Origin: Actinomycetota bacterium
GTDB taxonomy: Bacteria > Actinomycetota > Actinomycetes > Actinomycetales > Dermatophilaceae
Direction of reading: 5' to 3'
NCBI GenBank assembly: GCA_020161845.1
Contig: JAIUNK010000011.1
Span: forward strand, 41,669 to 105,668
Length of the DNA: 64,000 nt
The notes under the pieces are model-generated. The model did not search any database, had not been told where the DNA came from, and was given only the letters and a program-made list of their open reading frames with translations. Each line of letters starts with the position of its first letter. Position 1 is the stretch's first letter. The translations under genes and the position numbers were made by a program. This document shows positions 11,114 through 21,788 of the stretch, in pieces.

Positions 11114-12487
11114 TCAGGACGTCAGGGGCTGCCGCTCCGTGAACACCCGGCCGGGGTTCATGATCCCCGTCGGGTCGAAGACCGCCTTGAGTTGCCGCTG
11201 CAGCCCGTAGCTGAGATCGCCGATCTCCCGGCGCAGCCACGGCGCCTTCAGCGACCCGACACCGTGCTCCCCGGCGAGGGTCCCGCCCAGGCCCAGGGCC
11301 GCGTCTACCAGCTCATCGAACGCGGCCCACGCCGCCGCGGTCTGGGCCGGATCGCGCGGGTCGAAGAAGATCGCCGGGTGCAGATTCCCGTCGCCGGCGT
11401 GCCCGGCCATCATGATCGTCAGTCCGTGCGCGGCGCCGATCGCCTGGCCACGGCGGACCAGCTCGGGCAGCGCCTTGACCGGCACGCACATGTCCTCCAG
11501 CAGGTGCGGGCCGACGTTCTCGTGGGCGGCGTTCAGCGACCGGCGGCCGGCCAGCAGCATCTCGCTCTCCTGCTCGTCGTCGGCGATGGCGATCTCGGTT
11601 GCGCCGACGGACTCCATGATCCGGGCGTACTGCGCCACGTCGGCCGCCGCATATCCGGTTCGGTCGGACTGCACCAGCAGCGCCGCGGCACAGTCCGCCG
11701 GGAAGCCGAAGTCGCCGAGGGCCTGGATCGCGGCGATGGAGGGGCCGTCCAGAAACTCCATCAGGCTCGGCCGCGAACTGGCGAGGCGCAACGCCACGAT
11801 GGCTTGACTGGCCGCGTCGAGGGAGTCGAAGGTCGCCAGCGCCGTGAGCGCGCTCTCGGGCTTGGGCAGCAGCTTCGTGATCACCTTCGTGACGACTCCG
11901 AGGGTGCCCTCGGAGCCCACGAACAGGCCGGTCAGGTCGAAGCCCGTGACGCCTTTGGCGGTCCGCCGGCCGGTGCTGAGGATCTCGCCGCCGGGCAGCA
12001 CCACCTCCAGGCCGCGGATGTAGTCGGCCGTCACGCCGTACTTCACGCAGCACAGCCCGCCCGCGTTCATCGCGACGTTCCCACCGAGCGTGCACGAATC
12101 GACCGAACCGGGATCCGGCGGGTAGAACAGGCCCTTTTCGGCGACCGCCCGACGAAGATCGCCGGTGACCGTGCCCGGACCGACGACGGCGATGGACTCG
12201 ATCTCGTCGATCTGCTCGATGGTCGACAGCTTCTCGGTGTTGAGCACGATGCCGCCCTCGATCGCCGAGGCGGCGCCGGTCAGGCAGGTGCGCGCGCCCT
12301 GGGGGACAATCGGTACGTCGTGCGCCGCGGCATAGCGCATGACCTCCACGACGTCCGCGACGCAGGTGGCACGGACCACCTCGTACGTCGTGGGGGCGGT
12401 CGACCCGATCGTCTGATCCACCCCGTAGGTGGCCTTCACGGCCGGATCCGTGACGGCGTGCGGCAGGGCGACGGCGATGTCGGTCAT
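11114..12487 (-). CDS. FAD-linked oxidase, GlcD/D-lactate dehydrogenase family
   Basis: PQGARTCLTGAA, FYPPDPGS, GGNVAMNAGG..CVKYGVT, GHAGDGNLHP, GEHGVG. Confidence 0.9.
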   Translation of the reverse strand: MTDIAVALPHAVTDPAVKATYGVDQTIGSTAPTTYEVVRATCVADVVEVMRYAAAHDVPIVPQGARTCLTGAASAIEGGIVLNTEKLSTIEQIDEIESIAVVGPGTVTGDLRRAVAEKGLFYPPDPGSVDSCTLGGNVAMNAGGLCCVKYGVTADYIRGLEVVLPGGEILSTGRRTAKGVTGFDLTGLFVGSEGTLGVVTKVITKLLPKPESALTALATFDSLDAASQAIVALRLASSRPSLMEFLDGPSIAAIQALGDFGFPADCAAALLVQSDRTGYAAADVAQYARIMESVGATEIAIADDEQESEMLLAGRRSLNAAHENVGPHLLEDMCVPVKALPELVRRGQAIGAAHGLTIMMAGHAGDGNLHPAIFFDPRDPAQTAAAWAAFDELVDAALGLGGTLAGEHGVGSLKAPWLRREIGDLSYGLQRQLKAVFDPTGIMNPGRVFTERQPLTS

Positions 12488-12522
12488 AGGGTCATCCTCC
12501 CGCGAGGCTGCGGCGTGGCGCC

Positions 12523-12549
12523 TACAGGGTGACGTCTTCCGGCCGATCT
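12523..12549 (+). promoter_or_regulatory. Putative sigma28-type promoter of the CAP gene
   Basis: TACA-N15-GCCGATCT versus consensus TAAA-N15-GCCGATAA, 8 nt before ATG 12558. Confidence 0.45.
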
Positions 12550-12557
12550 TTGGTCAT

Positions 12558-13232
12558 ATGAGCCCCGGTTACCTCGCCGCCGCCGTCTCGGCCGTCCTCG
12601 TGACCTGGTCACTGCTCACCGCCCCAGCGGCCCAACCGGCGGCCGTCGTACCGGCGTCTGCCCCCGTCGCGGTCGCAGTACCGGCGCGCGTCCCCATCGC
12701 GGCCGACCTTGCCCCCGCTGTCGCCAGCGTCGTCCAGCAGGTCGTGGACGCGACGAACGCGCAACGCCGGGCCGTCGGGGCGGGCCCGGTGGCCGCGAAC
12801 GCGTGCTTGCAGCCGTACTCCGACCGGTGGGCGAAGACCTTGGCCTCCCGGGGCGTCCTGTCCCACCAGGATCTGGGGCCCCTCCTGTCGGCCTGCGCGC
12901 TCAGCTCGGTGGGGGAGAACGTCGCGATGGGGTACGCGACGCCCGCCGCCGTCATGACCGGGTGGATGAACTCCCCGGGACATCGGGCCAACATCCTCAA
13001 CCCCACGTTCACGCAGATCTCGGTCGCCGTGACGGCCGACTCCTCGGGGCGCCTGTTCTGGGTGATGAATCTCGGTGCGGGGGCATCGGCCCCGGTCTCG
13101 TCGCCGACACCCGCACCGACGCCGACGTCTTCGCCATCGCCGTCGCCGTCCCCTTCACCGTCCCCGACGCCGGGGCGGACGCACCGCCCGATCACCCGGG
13201 CCGCAGGGGCGGTCCTGCGGCCCCAGACCTGA
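12558..13232 (+). CDS. Secreted CAP (SCP/YkwD) domain protein with Pro/Ser/Thr-rich tail
   Basis: Signal peptide; TNAQRR, LSHQ, VGENVAMG, WMNSPGHRANIL; (SP)n/(TP)n tail. Confidence 0.88.
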   Translation: MSPGYLAAAVSAVLVTWSLLTAPAAQPAAVVPASAPVAVAVPARVPIAADLAPAVASVVQQVVDATNAQRRAVGAGPVAANACLQPYSDRWAKTLASRGVLSHQDLGPLLSACALSSVGENVAMGYATPAAVMTGWMNSPGHRANILNPTFTQISVAVTADSSGRLFWVMNLGAGASAPVSSPTPAPTPTSSPSPSPSPSPSPTPGRTHRPITRAAGAVLRPQT

Positions 13233-13284
13233 GCGCGGCGCGCACGGGACTCGGCGACCGGGGGGAACTCGCACAGCCCGCACG

Positions 13285-13354
13285 TGTGGGTACCGGTGTG
13301 GGCACAGAAGGTGCTGTGATCACGACGCTCAAGGCACCCACAGACGCGCCCACA
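13285..13354. repeat. Dispersed 70-bp palindromic (REP/MITE-like) element, copy A
   Basis: Ungapped alignment with 33012-33081 gives 50 of 70 identical positions by hand count; ends TGTGGG...CCCACA. Confidence 0.7.
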
Positions 13355-13368
13355 TGAGCACGGCTGGC

Positions 13369-14001
<633 letters not shown>

Positions 14002-14060
14002 GCTCGCGGCGCCGCGGGCGGATCAAGGCGGTTGCGGGCGTCCCGTAGACTGGCGGCATA

Positions 14061-14295
14061 GGCGTTCGAGCCGTCATCAGCGGCGAGCCTCCGGAAGAAC
14101 GGCGCGTGAACCGGCCAGGGCCGCAAGCGCACTCATTAGACCCGGACGGGTGGGCCCGTCACAGCCTTGGGCAAGAGCGGTCGCGTGCAAGCGTCCGCGT
14201 GGCCGCCGGCGCACGGCGTACCGCGTGGTCGTCAGGGCGCGGCAAGCGGGGTGGTACCGCGGCAGGCGCGCAGAAGCGCCGTACGTCGTCCTCGC
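14061..14295 (+). ncRNA. ileS T-box riboswitch (actinobacterial translational type)
   Basis: Short Stem I with AUC (Ile) specifier at 14076-14078, GAGCCTCCGGAAGAAC Stem II region, T-box AAGCGGGGTGGTACCGCGG at 14244-14262 pairing with CGTCGTCCTCGC. Confidence 0.85.
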
Positions 14296-14359
14296 AGGGA
14301 ACACCTGCACGACCCGACGTACCCCGACGAGTTCGATCCGCGAAGGAACCCCGAGCGCC

Positions 14360-17300
14360 ATGACCTACCCCAAGCTCACCAGCTCCGCCGCCACCCCCGG
14401 CGCCGCATTCGGCGTGCCGTCCTCGCCGAACTTCCCGGCCATCGAGGAGCGCGTCCTGGACTACTGGGCCGCGGACGACACCTTCCGCGCCTCCGTCGAG
14501 AACCGCGACGCCGGGACCAACGGCAGCAACGAGTTCGTCTTCTACGACGGCCCGCCGTTCGCCAACGGGCTGCCGCACTACGGCCACCTGCTGACCGGTT
14601 ACGTCAAGGACGTCGTACCGCGGTATCAGACCATGCGCGGCCGCCGGGTGGAACGACGCTTCGGCTGGGACACGCACGGCCTGCCCGCGGAGCTGGAGGC
14701 GATGAGCCAGCTCGGCATCAAGACCACCGACGAGATCCGCGAGCTGGGCATCGAGGCGTTCAACGCCAAGTGCCGCGAATCGGTCTTCAAATACACCGAT
14801 GATTGGCGCGACTACGTCACCCGCCAGGCCCGCTGGGTCGATTTCGACAACGACTACAAGACGCTGGATCTGTCCTTCATGGAGAGCGTGCTGTGGGCGT
14901 TCAAGCAGCTCTACGACAAGGGGCTGTGTTATGAGGGGTTCCGCGTCCTGCCGTATTGCTGGAACGACCAGACCCCGCTGTCCAACCACGAGCTGCGGAT
15001 GGACGAGGACGTCTACCAGAACCGGCAGGACCCCGCGGTCACCGTGGGTTGTCGGCTGACCGACGGCCCGTACGCCGGGGCGCTGGCGCTGATCTGGACG
15101 ACCACGCCATGGACCCTGACCTGCAACCTGGCCATCATGGTCGGCGAGGACATCGACTACGTCGTGGTCGAATCGTCCGGCCCGACCGGGCAGCCGGAGC
15201 GCTATCTGCTCGCCGAGGCCCGCGCCGCGGCCTACGCCCGCGAGCTGACCGGCGACCCCAAGGGCGACGTCGCGGCGCTCATCGTGGCCCGGCTCAAGGG
15301 CAGCGAGCTGATCGGCTGGCACTACACCCCGCCGATGTCCTACTACCTCGGGCACGCCAACGCGTTTCGGCTGGTCCCCGCCGAGTTCGTGACGACCACG
15401 GACGGCACCGGGCTGGTGCACACCGCCGGCGCGTTCGGTGAGGACGACAAGGTCGTCACCGATCGGGAGGGCATCGAGGTGGTCGTGCCGGTCGGGATCG
15501 ACGGCTGCTTCACCCACCCCGTCACCGATTACGAGGGCCTGCTGGTCCTGGACGCGAACGGCCAGGTCATCGACCACTTGAAGAACCGCACCCGGCTGGA
15601 CAGTCAAAGTAGCGGCGGGGCGCTCGATTCGCCGGAGGCGACGGGCGCGATCACCGAGGGGACGGTGCTGCTGCGCCGCGAAACCTACGACCACGCCTAC
15701 CCGCACTGCTGGCGCTGCCGCGAGCCGCTGATCTACATGGCGGTCTCCTCGTGGTTCGTGGCCACCACGAAATTCCGCGACGACATGCTGCGGCTCAACC
15801 AGGAGATCACCTGGGTGCCGGGGCACGTCAAGGACGGCCAGTTCGGCAAGTGGCTGGAGAACACCCGGGACTGGTCGATCTCGCGCAATCGGTTCTGGGG
15901 CAGCCCGATCCCGGTGTGGAAGTCCGACGACCCGCGCTATCCGCGCACCGACGTCTACGGCTCGCTGGACGAGCTGGAGCGCGACTTCGGCGTACGTCCC
16001 GACGACCTGCACCGGCCGTTCATCGACGAGCTGACCCGCCCCAACCCGGACGACCCCCGGCCCGAGGGCGAGCGTTCCACGATGCGCAGGGTCACCGATG
16101 TCTTCGACTGCTGGTTCGAGTCGGGGTCGATGAGTTTCGCGCAGGTGCATTATCCGTTCGCCAACCGGGACTGGTTCGAGCACCACTTCCCGGGCGACTT
16201 CATCGTCGAATACATCGGGCAGACCCGCGGCTGGTTCTACACCATGCACATCCTGGCGACCGCGCTGTTCGACAGGCCGGCGTTCCAGTCCTGCGTCAGC
16301 CACGGGATCGTGCTGGGCAACGACGGGCTGAAGATGAGCAAGTCGCTGCGCAACTACCCGGACGTGCGGGAGGTCTTCGACCGCGACGGCGCCGATGCGA
16401 TGCGCTGGTTCCTGATGTCCTCGCCCATCCTGCGCGGCGGCAATCTCATCGTCACGCAGGAGGGGATCCGCGAGGGTGTCCGGCAGGCCATGTTGCCGCT
16501 GTGGTCGACCTGGTACTTCTTCGCGACGTACGCCAATGCCTACGTCGAGGCCGTCGACGGCAGCGGGGCGAAGGGGTACGACGCGCGCTGGTCGACCGCT
16601 TCGACGCACGTGCTGGACCGCTATCTGCTGGCCCGCGTGCGCGAGGTCGTCGAGGAGGTCCGCACGGAACTCGACCACTACGACATCGCGGGCGCATGCG
16701 ACACCGTGCGGAGTTTCCTGGACGTGCTGACGAACTGGTATGTCCGGCGGAGCCGGGACCGGTTCTGGGACACCCGCGGCGCGGGCGGCGCGTCGGCCCG
16801 GGCCGCGATGGACACCCTCTACACCACGTTGGAGGTGCTCTGTCGGGTGGCGGCGCCGCTGCTGCCGATGACGACCGAGGAGATCTGGCGGGGCCTGACC
16901 GGCGGCCGGTCCGTGCACCTGACGGACTACCCGGAGCCGACCGACCTGCCCGCCGACCACGAGTTGGTCGCCCAGATGGAGCGGGCCCGCACGGTGACCT
17001 CGGTGGCGGCCAGCCTGCGCAAGGCCGACCGGCTGCGCACCCGGCTGCCGCTCGCCCGGCTCACGGTCGTCACCGAAAACGCCCACGCGCTGGGCGAATT
17101 CGTCGATCTCATCAAGGACGAGGTGAACGTCAAGGAGGTCGTGCTGCAGGACCTGTCCAGCGCCAGCGAGGCCGATTACGGGGTGAGCCAACGCCTGCTC
17201 GTCAACGCCCGCGCGGCCGGCCCCCGGCTGGGCAAGCAGGTGCAGGCGGTCATCACGGCCAGCAAGTCCGGGGACTGGTCGGTCGCCGCCGACGGCGTCG

Positions 17301-17713
17301 TGACGTGCGGCGGGGTCGAGCTGGCCGAGGGCGAGTACGGGCTCGACACCGTCGTCGACGAGGCCCACGCGCACGCCGGTGCGATCAGCGTGTTGCCGGG
17401 CGGGGGGTTCATCCTGCTCGACACGGCCGTGACGGCGCAGCTTGCGGCCGAGGGACTGGCCGCCGACATCGCCCGAGCGGTCAACGCGCAGCGGCGCAGT
17501 CTGGGCCTCGACTACGGCGACGCGATCAGTCTCACGGTGCTGGGCGAGGACGACCTGCGTGCGGTGGTCATGGACCACCAGCGCTTCATCGAGGCCGAGA
17601 CGCTGGCCCGGCAGATCGGTTTCGGCCCGGCCGACGCGTTGCCCGCCGGCCAGGGCACCGTCGCCGAACTCGGCGACGGCCGAGCGGTCCGACTGGTGGT
17701 AGCCAAGCTGTGA
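14360..17713 (+). CDS. ileS: Isoleucine--tRNA ligase (IleRS2 type)
   Basis: [35 protein letters not shown]; AAGGAA SD; T-box leader. Confidence 0.97.
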   Translation: MTYPKLTSSAATPGAAFGVPSSPNFPAIEERVLDYWAADDTFRASVENRDAGTNGSNEFVFYDGPPFANGLPHYGHLLTGYVKDVVPRYQTMRGRRVERRFGWDTHGLPAELEAMSQLGIKTTDEIRELGIEAFNAKCRESVFKYTDDWRDYVTRQARWVDFDNDYKTLDLSFMESVLWAFKQLYDKGLCYEGFRVLPYCWNDQTPLSNHELRMDEDVYQNRQDPAVTVGCRLTDGPYAGALALIWTTTPWTLTCNLAIMVGEDIDYVVVESSGPTGQPERYLLAEARAAAYARELTGDPKGDVAALIVARLKGSELIGWHYTPPMSYYLGHANAFRLVPAEFVTTTDGTGLVHTAGAFGEDDKVVTDREGIEVVVPVGIDGCFTHPVTDYEGLLVLDANGQVIDHLKNRTRLDSQSSGGALDSPEATGAITEGTVLLRRETYDHAYPHCWRCREPLIYMAVSSWFVATTKFRDDMLRLNQEITWVPGHVKDGQFGKWLENTRDWSISRNRFWGSPIPVWKSDDPRYPRTDVYGSLDELERDFGVRPDDLHRPFIDELTRPNPDDPRPEGERSTMRRVTDVFDCWFESGSMSFAQVHYPFANRDWFEHHFPGDFIVEYIGQTRGWFYTMHILATALFDRPAFQSCVSHGIVLGNDGLKMSKSLRNYPDVREVFDRDGADAMRWFLMSSPILRGGNLIVTQEGIREGVRQAMLPLWSTWYFFATYANAYVEAVDGSGAKGYDARWSTASTHVLDRYLLARVREVVEEVRTELDHYDIAGACDTVRSFLDVLTNWYVRRSRDRFWDTRGAGGASARAAMDTLYTTLEVLCRVAAPLLPMTTEEIWRGLTGGRSVHLTDYPEPTDLPADHELVAQMERARTVTSVAASLRKADRLRTRLPLARLTVVTENAHALGEFVDLIKDEVNVKEVVLQDLSSASEADYGVSQRLLVNARAAGPRLGKQVQAVITASKSGDWSVAADGVVTCGGVELAEGEYGLDTVVDEAHAHAGAISVLPGGGFILLDTAVTAQLAAEGLAADIARAVNAQRRSLGLDYGDAISLTVLGEDDLRAVVMDHQRFIEAETLARQIGFGPADALPAGQGTVAELGDGRAVRLVVAKL

Positions 17714-18213
17714 ACGCTGCCATGCGGCGGGATAGCGGGTACGCCGTGCGCGAGGCGCGTGGCGAAGACCTCGACTCGGTGCGCGAGCTGGGCCTGGCCA
17801 CCTTCCCCGCGGCGTACCAGGGCGTCATCGAACCGGAGTTGATCCACTTGCTGCTCGCCAAGTGGTGGACCAAGGACGCGCTGATCCCGACGATCCGGGC
17901 GGGCCGTACGTTCGTTGCCGAGGACAAATCCGGGGCCCTGCTGGGGATGTGTTCCTACGGTCCGCACGAGGGGGCCTACGTGGTGTGGAAGCTGTATGTC
18001 GACGTGGCCGCCCGCGGTCGCGGCGTCGGCGCGGCGCTGCTGACCGCCGCCGAGGATCGGGCCAGGGGAGCCGGCGTGCCGCTGCGCATCTCCTACACGG
18101 ACGGCAACCGGGACGCGCCGGCCTTCTGCGCGCGGCAGGGGTACGTCGAGGTCGGCCGGGAGGACCAGGCCGGGATGCCCGAGGTGATCTGGATGGCGGA
18201 GGTGTCGTCATGA
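17710..18213 (+). CDS. GNAT-family N-acetyltransferase
   Basis: VWKLYV...[10 protein letters not shown] acetyl-CoA motif; GTGA overlap with the ileS stop and ATGA overlap with folC (alternative ATG at 17722). Confidence 0.85.
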   Translation: MNAAMRRDSGYAVREARGEDLDSVRELGLATFPAAYQGVIEPELIHLLLAKWWTKDALIPTIRAGRTFVAEDKSGALLGMCSYGPHEGAYVVWKLYVDVAARGRGVGAALLTAAEDRARGAGVPLRISYTDGNRDAPAFCARQGYVEVGREDQAGMPEVIWMAEVSS

Positions 18214-19622
18214 CCGGCGACGCCCGAGCGGCCCGGGACGCCGCCCGTCGCGCGGCGGCCGATCTTGAGCTGCGTCGCCGGATGCGGGAGGTCGAGCAGG
18301 CGATCCTGGCCCGCGCCCCGGAGAACGACGTGGAGCCCTCGATCGAGCAGATCGCCGCGGTCATGGAGTTGCTCGGCGACCCGCAGCGGTCCTACCCGGT
18401 CGTGCACCTGACCGGTACCAACGGCAAGACCTCGACGACCCGGATGGTGGCCACGCTGCTGCAGGAGTTGGGGCTGCGCACCGGCCGATTCACCTCGCCG
18501 CACCTGCACGACATCCGCGAGCGGATCGCCCTGGACGGCGCCCCGATCACCCGGCAGGGATTTGTCGCGGCCTACCAGGACGTGATCCCGTTCGTGGAGA
18601 TGGTCGACGCCCGCTTCGCCGAGCGGGGCGTTCCCCCGATGAACTACTTCCAGATGCTCGTGGCGTTGGCCTATGCCGCGTTTGCGGACGCGCCGGTGGA
18701 GGCGGCGGTGGTCGAGGTCGGTCTCGGCGGCACCTGGGATGCGACCAATGTCGCCGACGGCGCCGTCGCGGTGATCACCCCCATCGGGCTGGACCATCAG
18801 CGGCTGCTCGGCGACACGATCGATCTCATCGCCACCGAGAAGGCCGGCATCGTCAAGCCGGGCGCCATCATGATCAGCGCGACTCAGGAGCCGGTCGCGG
18901 CGGAGATCCTGCTGGCGCGCTGCCGTGAGGTCGACGCTCGGCCCGTGTGGGAGGGCGTCGACATCGGGGTGCTTGCCCGAGCAAGCGCGGTCGGCGGTCA
19001 GGTGGTCTCACTGCGCGGCCTCGCCGGCGACTACGAGGATCTCTTCCTGCCGGTGCACGGTCCGCATCAGGCGCACAACGCGCTGCTGGCGTTGGCCGCG
19101 GCGGAGGCCTTTGTCGGCGGTGGCGAGCAGCGGCTGGACCGCGACGTGGTCGAGCAGGCGTTCGCCCGGTTCAGCACGCCCGGGCGGCTGGAGGTCGTGC
19201 GGCGGTCGCCGACCGTGATCGTCGACGCCGCCCACAACCCGGCCGGCGCCGCGACGCTGCGGGCCGCGCTGGAGGAGGAGTTCGCCTTCGCCCAACTCGT
19301 CGGGGTCATCGCGATCCTCGCCGACAAGGACGCCGAGGGGATCCTGCAGGAGCTGGAACCCGTGCTCTCCGAGGTGGTGGTGACCCGGACGACGTCGCCG
19401 CGGGCGATGGCCCCGGCACGGCTCGGCGCGCTCGCCGCGGAGATCTTCGGGGAGCACCGCGTGACGGTGGCATCGGACCTCCCGGATGCCGTCAACATCG
19501 CCGCGGGCCTGGCCGACGCAGCGGCGCAGTCGGGTGGTGCGAGCGGCGGGGTGTTGGCGACCGGATCGGTGACGACCGCCGCGGAGGTCCGGATGCTGCT
19601 CACCTCGGCGGAGCCGGGATGA
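18210..19622 (+). CDS. folC: Bifunctional folylpolyglutamate synthase/dihydrofolate synthase
   Basis: HLTGTNGKTST, FTSPHL, VEVGLGGTWDATN, VDAAHNP. Confidence 0.96.
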   Translation: MTGDARAARDAARRAAADLELRRRMREVEQAILARAPENDVEPSIEQIAAVMELLGDPQRSYPVVHLTGTNGKTSTTRMVATLLQELGLRTGRFTSPHLHDIRERIALDGAPITRQGFVAAYQDVIPFVEMVDARFAERGVPPMNYFQMLVALAYAAFADAPVEAAVVEVGLGGTWDATNVADGAVAVITPIGLDHQRLLGDTIDLIATEKAGIVKPGAIMISATQEPVAAEILLARCREVDARPVWEGVDIGVLARASAVGGQVVSLRGLAGDYEDLFLPVHGPHQAHNALLALAAAEAFVGGGEQRLDRDVVEQAFARFSTPGRLEVVRRSPTVIVDAAHNPAGAATLRAALEEEFAFAQLVGVIAILADKDAEGILQELEPVLSEVVVTRTTSPRAMAPARLGALAAEIFGEHRVTVASDLPDAVNIAAGLADAAAQSGGASGGVLATGSVTTAAEVRMLLTSAEPG

Positions 19623-19683
19623 GGCGCGGCATGAGGGCGCTGCCGAAGGCCGATTCGACTGACGTCACAGGGGAGTGGTTGCG

Positions 19684-20079
19684 ATGAACCTGCCGCCATT
19701 GGGCGGGCCGCAGCGGAAGATGACGCGCCGGCTGGCCGCCGTGGTGCTGGGCAGCCAAGCACCGGTGGTGTTGTTCGGCGCGGTCGGGGCTCGAGCCCTC
19801 GCCGACGCAAGCGGGCACGGCGCCGCCACGACGTACCTCTGGGTCGGTGTCGGCCTCGCGGTGGCGTGCGCCCTGGTGGCGGGGCTGCTGCGGACGCCGG
19901 TCGGGGTGAGCCTCGGTTGGCTCGTGCAGGTGGCGACGCTGCTGTGCGGGTTCGTGGTGCCGGTGATGGTCGTGATCGGGGTGATCTTCGGGGGCCTGTG
20001 GTGGGTGGCGCTGGCCCAGGGCGTACGCCTCGACGACATGACCGAGGCCTACCTGCGCGAGCACCCCAACGAGGCCTGA
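19684..20079 (+). CDS. DUF4233-family membrane protein
   Basis: Four TM segments, GWLVQ motif, conserved position between folC and ndk. Confidence 0.85.
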   Translation: MNLPPLGGPQRKMTRRLAAVVLGSQAPVVLFGAVGARALADASGHGAATTYLWVGVGLAVACALVAGLLRTPVGVSLGWLVQVATLLCGFVVPVMVVIGVIFGGLWWVALAQGVRLDDMTEAYLREHPNEA

Positions 20080-20082
20080 TTC

Positions 20083-20277
20083 ATGACGACCGATGAGACC
20101 AGCGCCTGCCCGGCCGCACGGGCGCGGCCGACCAGGATCACTCGCGGTGACCTTGTCCGGCTCCTGGCCACGGATCAGGCCGATCGGCAGCTGACCGCGG
20201 ATCTCGCCGCCCTGGGCGGTGAGACGACCGACGATCTGGACTGGCCGGGAGATCGACAGCACGAGGGCGGCAGATGA
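20083..20277 (+). pseudogene. Orphan or truncated VapB5-like antitoxin (C-terminal toxin-binding segment only)
   Basis: QAD..L..DLA.L.G.TT.DL matches my recollection of the M. tuberculosis VapB5 C-terminus. No Phd N-terminal domain; the overlapping ATG at 20274 reads ATG AGA TAA. Confidence 0.55.
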
Positions 20278-20340
20278 GATAACGCGGGATCGCCGGATGA
20301 TGACGGACCGGGCTCGCGCGCTTCTCACTAAGGTGGGCGC

Positions 20341-20763
20341 ATGACCGAACGCTCTCTCGTCCTCGTCAAGCCCGACGCCTTCGCCCGCGGCCTCACCGGT
20401 GAGGTCATCCGCCGCATCGAGGCCAAGGGCTACACCCTCGTGGCGCTGCAGATCCTGACCCCCACCCGCGACATGCTGGCCAAGCATTACGCCGAGCACG
20501 AGGGCAAAGGGTTCTACGAGGAGCTGCTCACCTTCATGAGCTCCGGCCCGGTGACCGCCATCGTCATCGAGGGCGTTCGCTGCATTCCCGGTTTCCGGTC
20601 CCTGGCCGGCAAGACCGACCCGACGGAGGCGCTGCCCGGCACGATCCGCGGCGACCTGGGACGCGACTGGGGCAACGGGTCCACCGAGAACATCGTGCAC
20701 GGTTCGGACTCCCCGGAGTCCGCGGCCCGCGAAATCGGCATCTGGTTCCCCGAGCTGGCCTGA
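20341..20763 (+). CDS. ndk: Nucleoside diphosphate kinase
   Basis: LVLVKPDA, PGTIRGD, NIVHGSDS; TAAGGT -10 6 nt before ATG (leaderless). Confidence 0.97.
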   Translation: MTERSLVLVKPDAFARGLTGEVIRRIEAKGYTLVALQILTPTRDMLAKHYAEHEGKGFYEELLTFMSSGPVTAIVIEGVRCIPGFRSLAGKTDPTEALPGTIRGDLGRDWGNGSTENIVHGSDSPESAAREIGIWFPELA

Positions 20764-21001
20764 GCCACGGCCTTTCGCGGCGCCGCGACGTCTCACCGCG
20801 GCGCCGCACCCAGCCCGCCATCGACACCGGCCGCCGCAGTGGGCAGAGCCGCTATCCCACCGGGACGTCGCGGCGGGCGCGCTCGACCGGCCGCCACCAC
20901 CGCCGAAGCGTTATGCCTCAGGGCTCGGACCTCGACTTCCGTCATGCACGACAGAGTGGCTCACGCAACCACGTCAGGACGAGTGGCAGGACCCCGTGCT
21001 G

Positions 21002-21442
21002 TCAGCGCGGGGTGACGAGGGGGTTGCGGGTCCTGAGGTCGGGAAAGGAGCCGAAGTCGCGATCGGCGGTCCACAGCTCATCGACGCCGTGGTCGAGGCA
21101 GATGGCCGCGATGCGCGCGTCGTGGACCTTGGGGCCGACGACGCCCGACCTGGTGATGAGCGCGTGCAGGGTGCTCAGATGAGCTGGCGTCTCGCCGAGC
21201 GGGCGGACCGATTCCTGGGCTAGCAATTGCTCCATCGCGGCCAGGGCCTCCGCCGGTGTCGACGGCGTGCCGAACGCGCGCGGATTCGTCACGACGGCAA
21301 GAAACTCGTGGACGCAGGGCCACGGCACGCCGATCGCCCGTCCCGAGTTGACGGCTTCGTCGACCGCGGCCGCCGCCGGCTGGTGATGCGGGCTGTCCGC
21401 GCGGAAGGCATGGACGAGCACGTTGGTGTCGACGGCAATCAC
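21002..21442 (-). CDS. vapC: VapC/PIN-domain toxin (VapC37/39-like)
   Basis: IAVDTNVLV, PWPCVHEFLAVVTNPR, VHDARIAAI, TADRDF. Confidence 0.92.
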   Translation of the reverse strand: MIAVDTNVLVHAFRADSPHHQPAAAAVDEAVNSGRAIGVPWPCVHEFLAVVTNPRAFGTPSTPAEALAAMEQLLAQESVRPLGETPAHLSTLHALITRSGVVGPKVHDARIAAICLDHGVDELWTADRDFGSFPDLRTRNPLVTPR

Positions 21443-21669
21443 CGCTGGCTGTCCTCGATGGCTCTGCTCAGCGAGAGACCCCCGGCGAGCCAGCCAGTCG
21501 CGGCCGACGTCGGGAAGTGGAAGTCGGCAGGTCGAGCGGGGGCTGCGCGGCGTGCCAGCTCGCGTCGCAGACCCTCCAGCATGACGTCCCGCATGGGCAC
21601 ACCATCACGGGTGGCGCACGCTCGCAGCTCGGCCATCAGCGCGTCCGGCAGGTCCATCGTCGTCTTCAT
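21439..21669 (-). CDS. vapB: VapB antitoxin (RHH/CopG-like)
   Basis: MKTTMDLPDALMAELRACA..DG...RDVMLEGLRREL; GTGA overlap with vapC. Confidence 0.88.
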   Translation of the reverse strand: MKTTMDLPDALMAELRACATRDGVPMRDVMLEGLRRELARRAAPARPADFHFPTSAATGWLAGGLSLSRAIEDSQR

Positions 21670-21705
21670 ATGGGCATCATATTCGTCGACCCATAGATAT
21701 GGGCA
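21668..21705 (-). promoter_or_regulatory. TA operator and leaderless promoter
   Basis: ATATGGGCA direct repeats (21668, 21697), CCCATA-GA-TATGGG palindrome (21690-21703), TATGAT -10 6 nt before ATG. Confidence 0.6.
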
Positions 21706-21788
21706 ACGCCTCGACAGGGGTCCGACGCCAGAACACCGGATCTGGCGCCCAAGCGCCGGTCTGGTCAGTCCACCCCGGCGCCGGAGAG

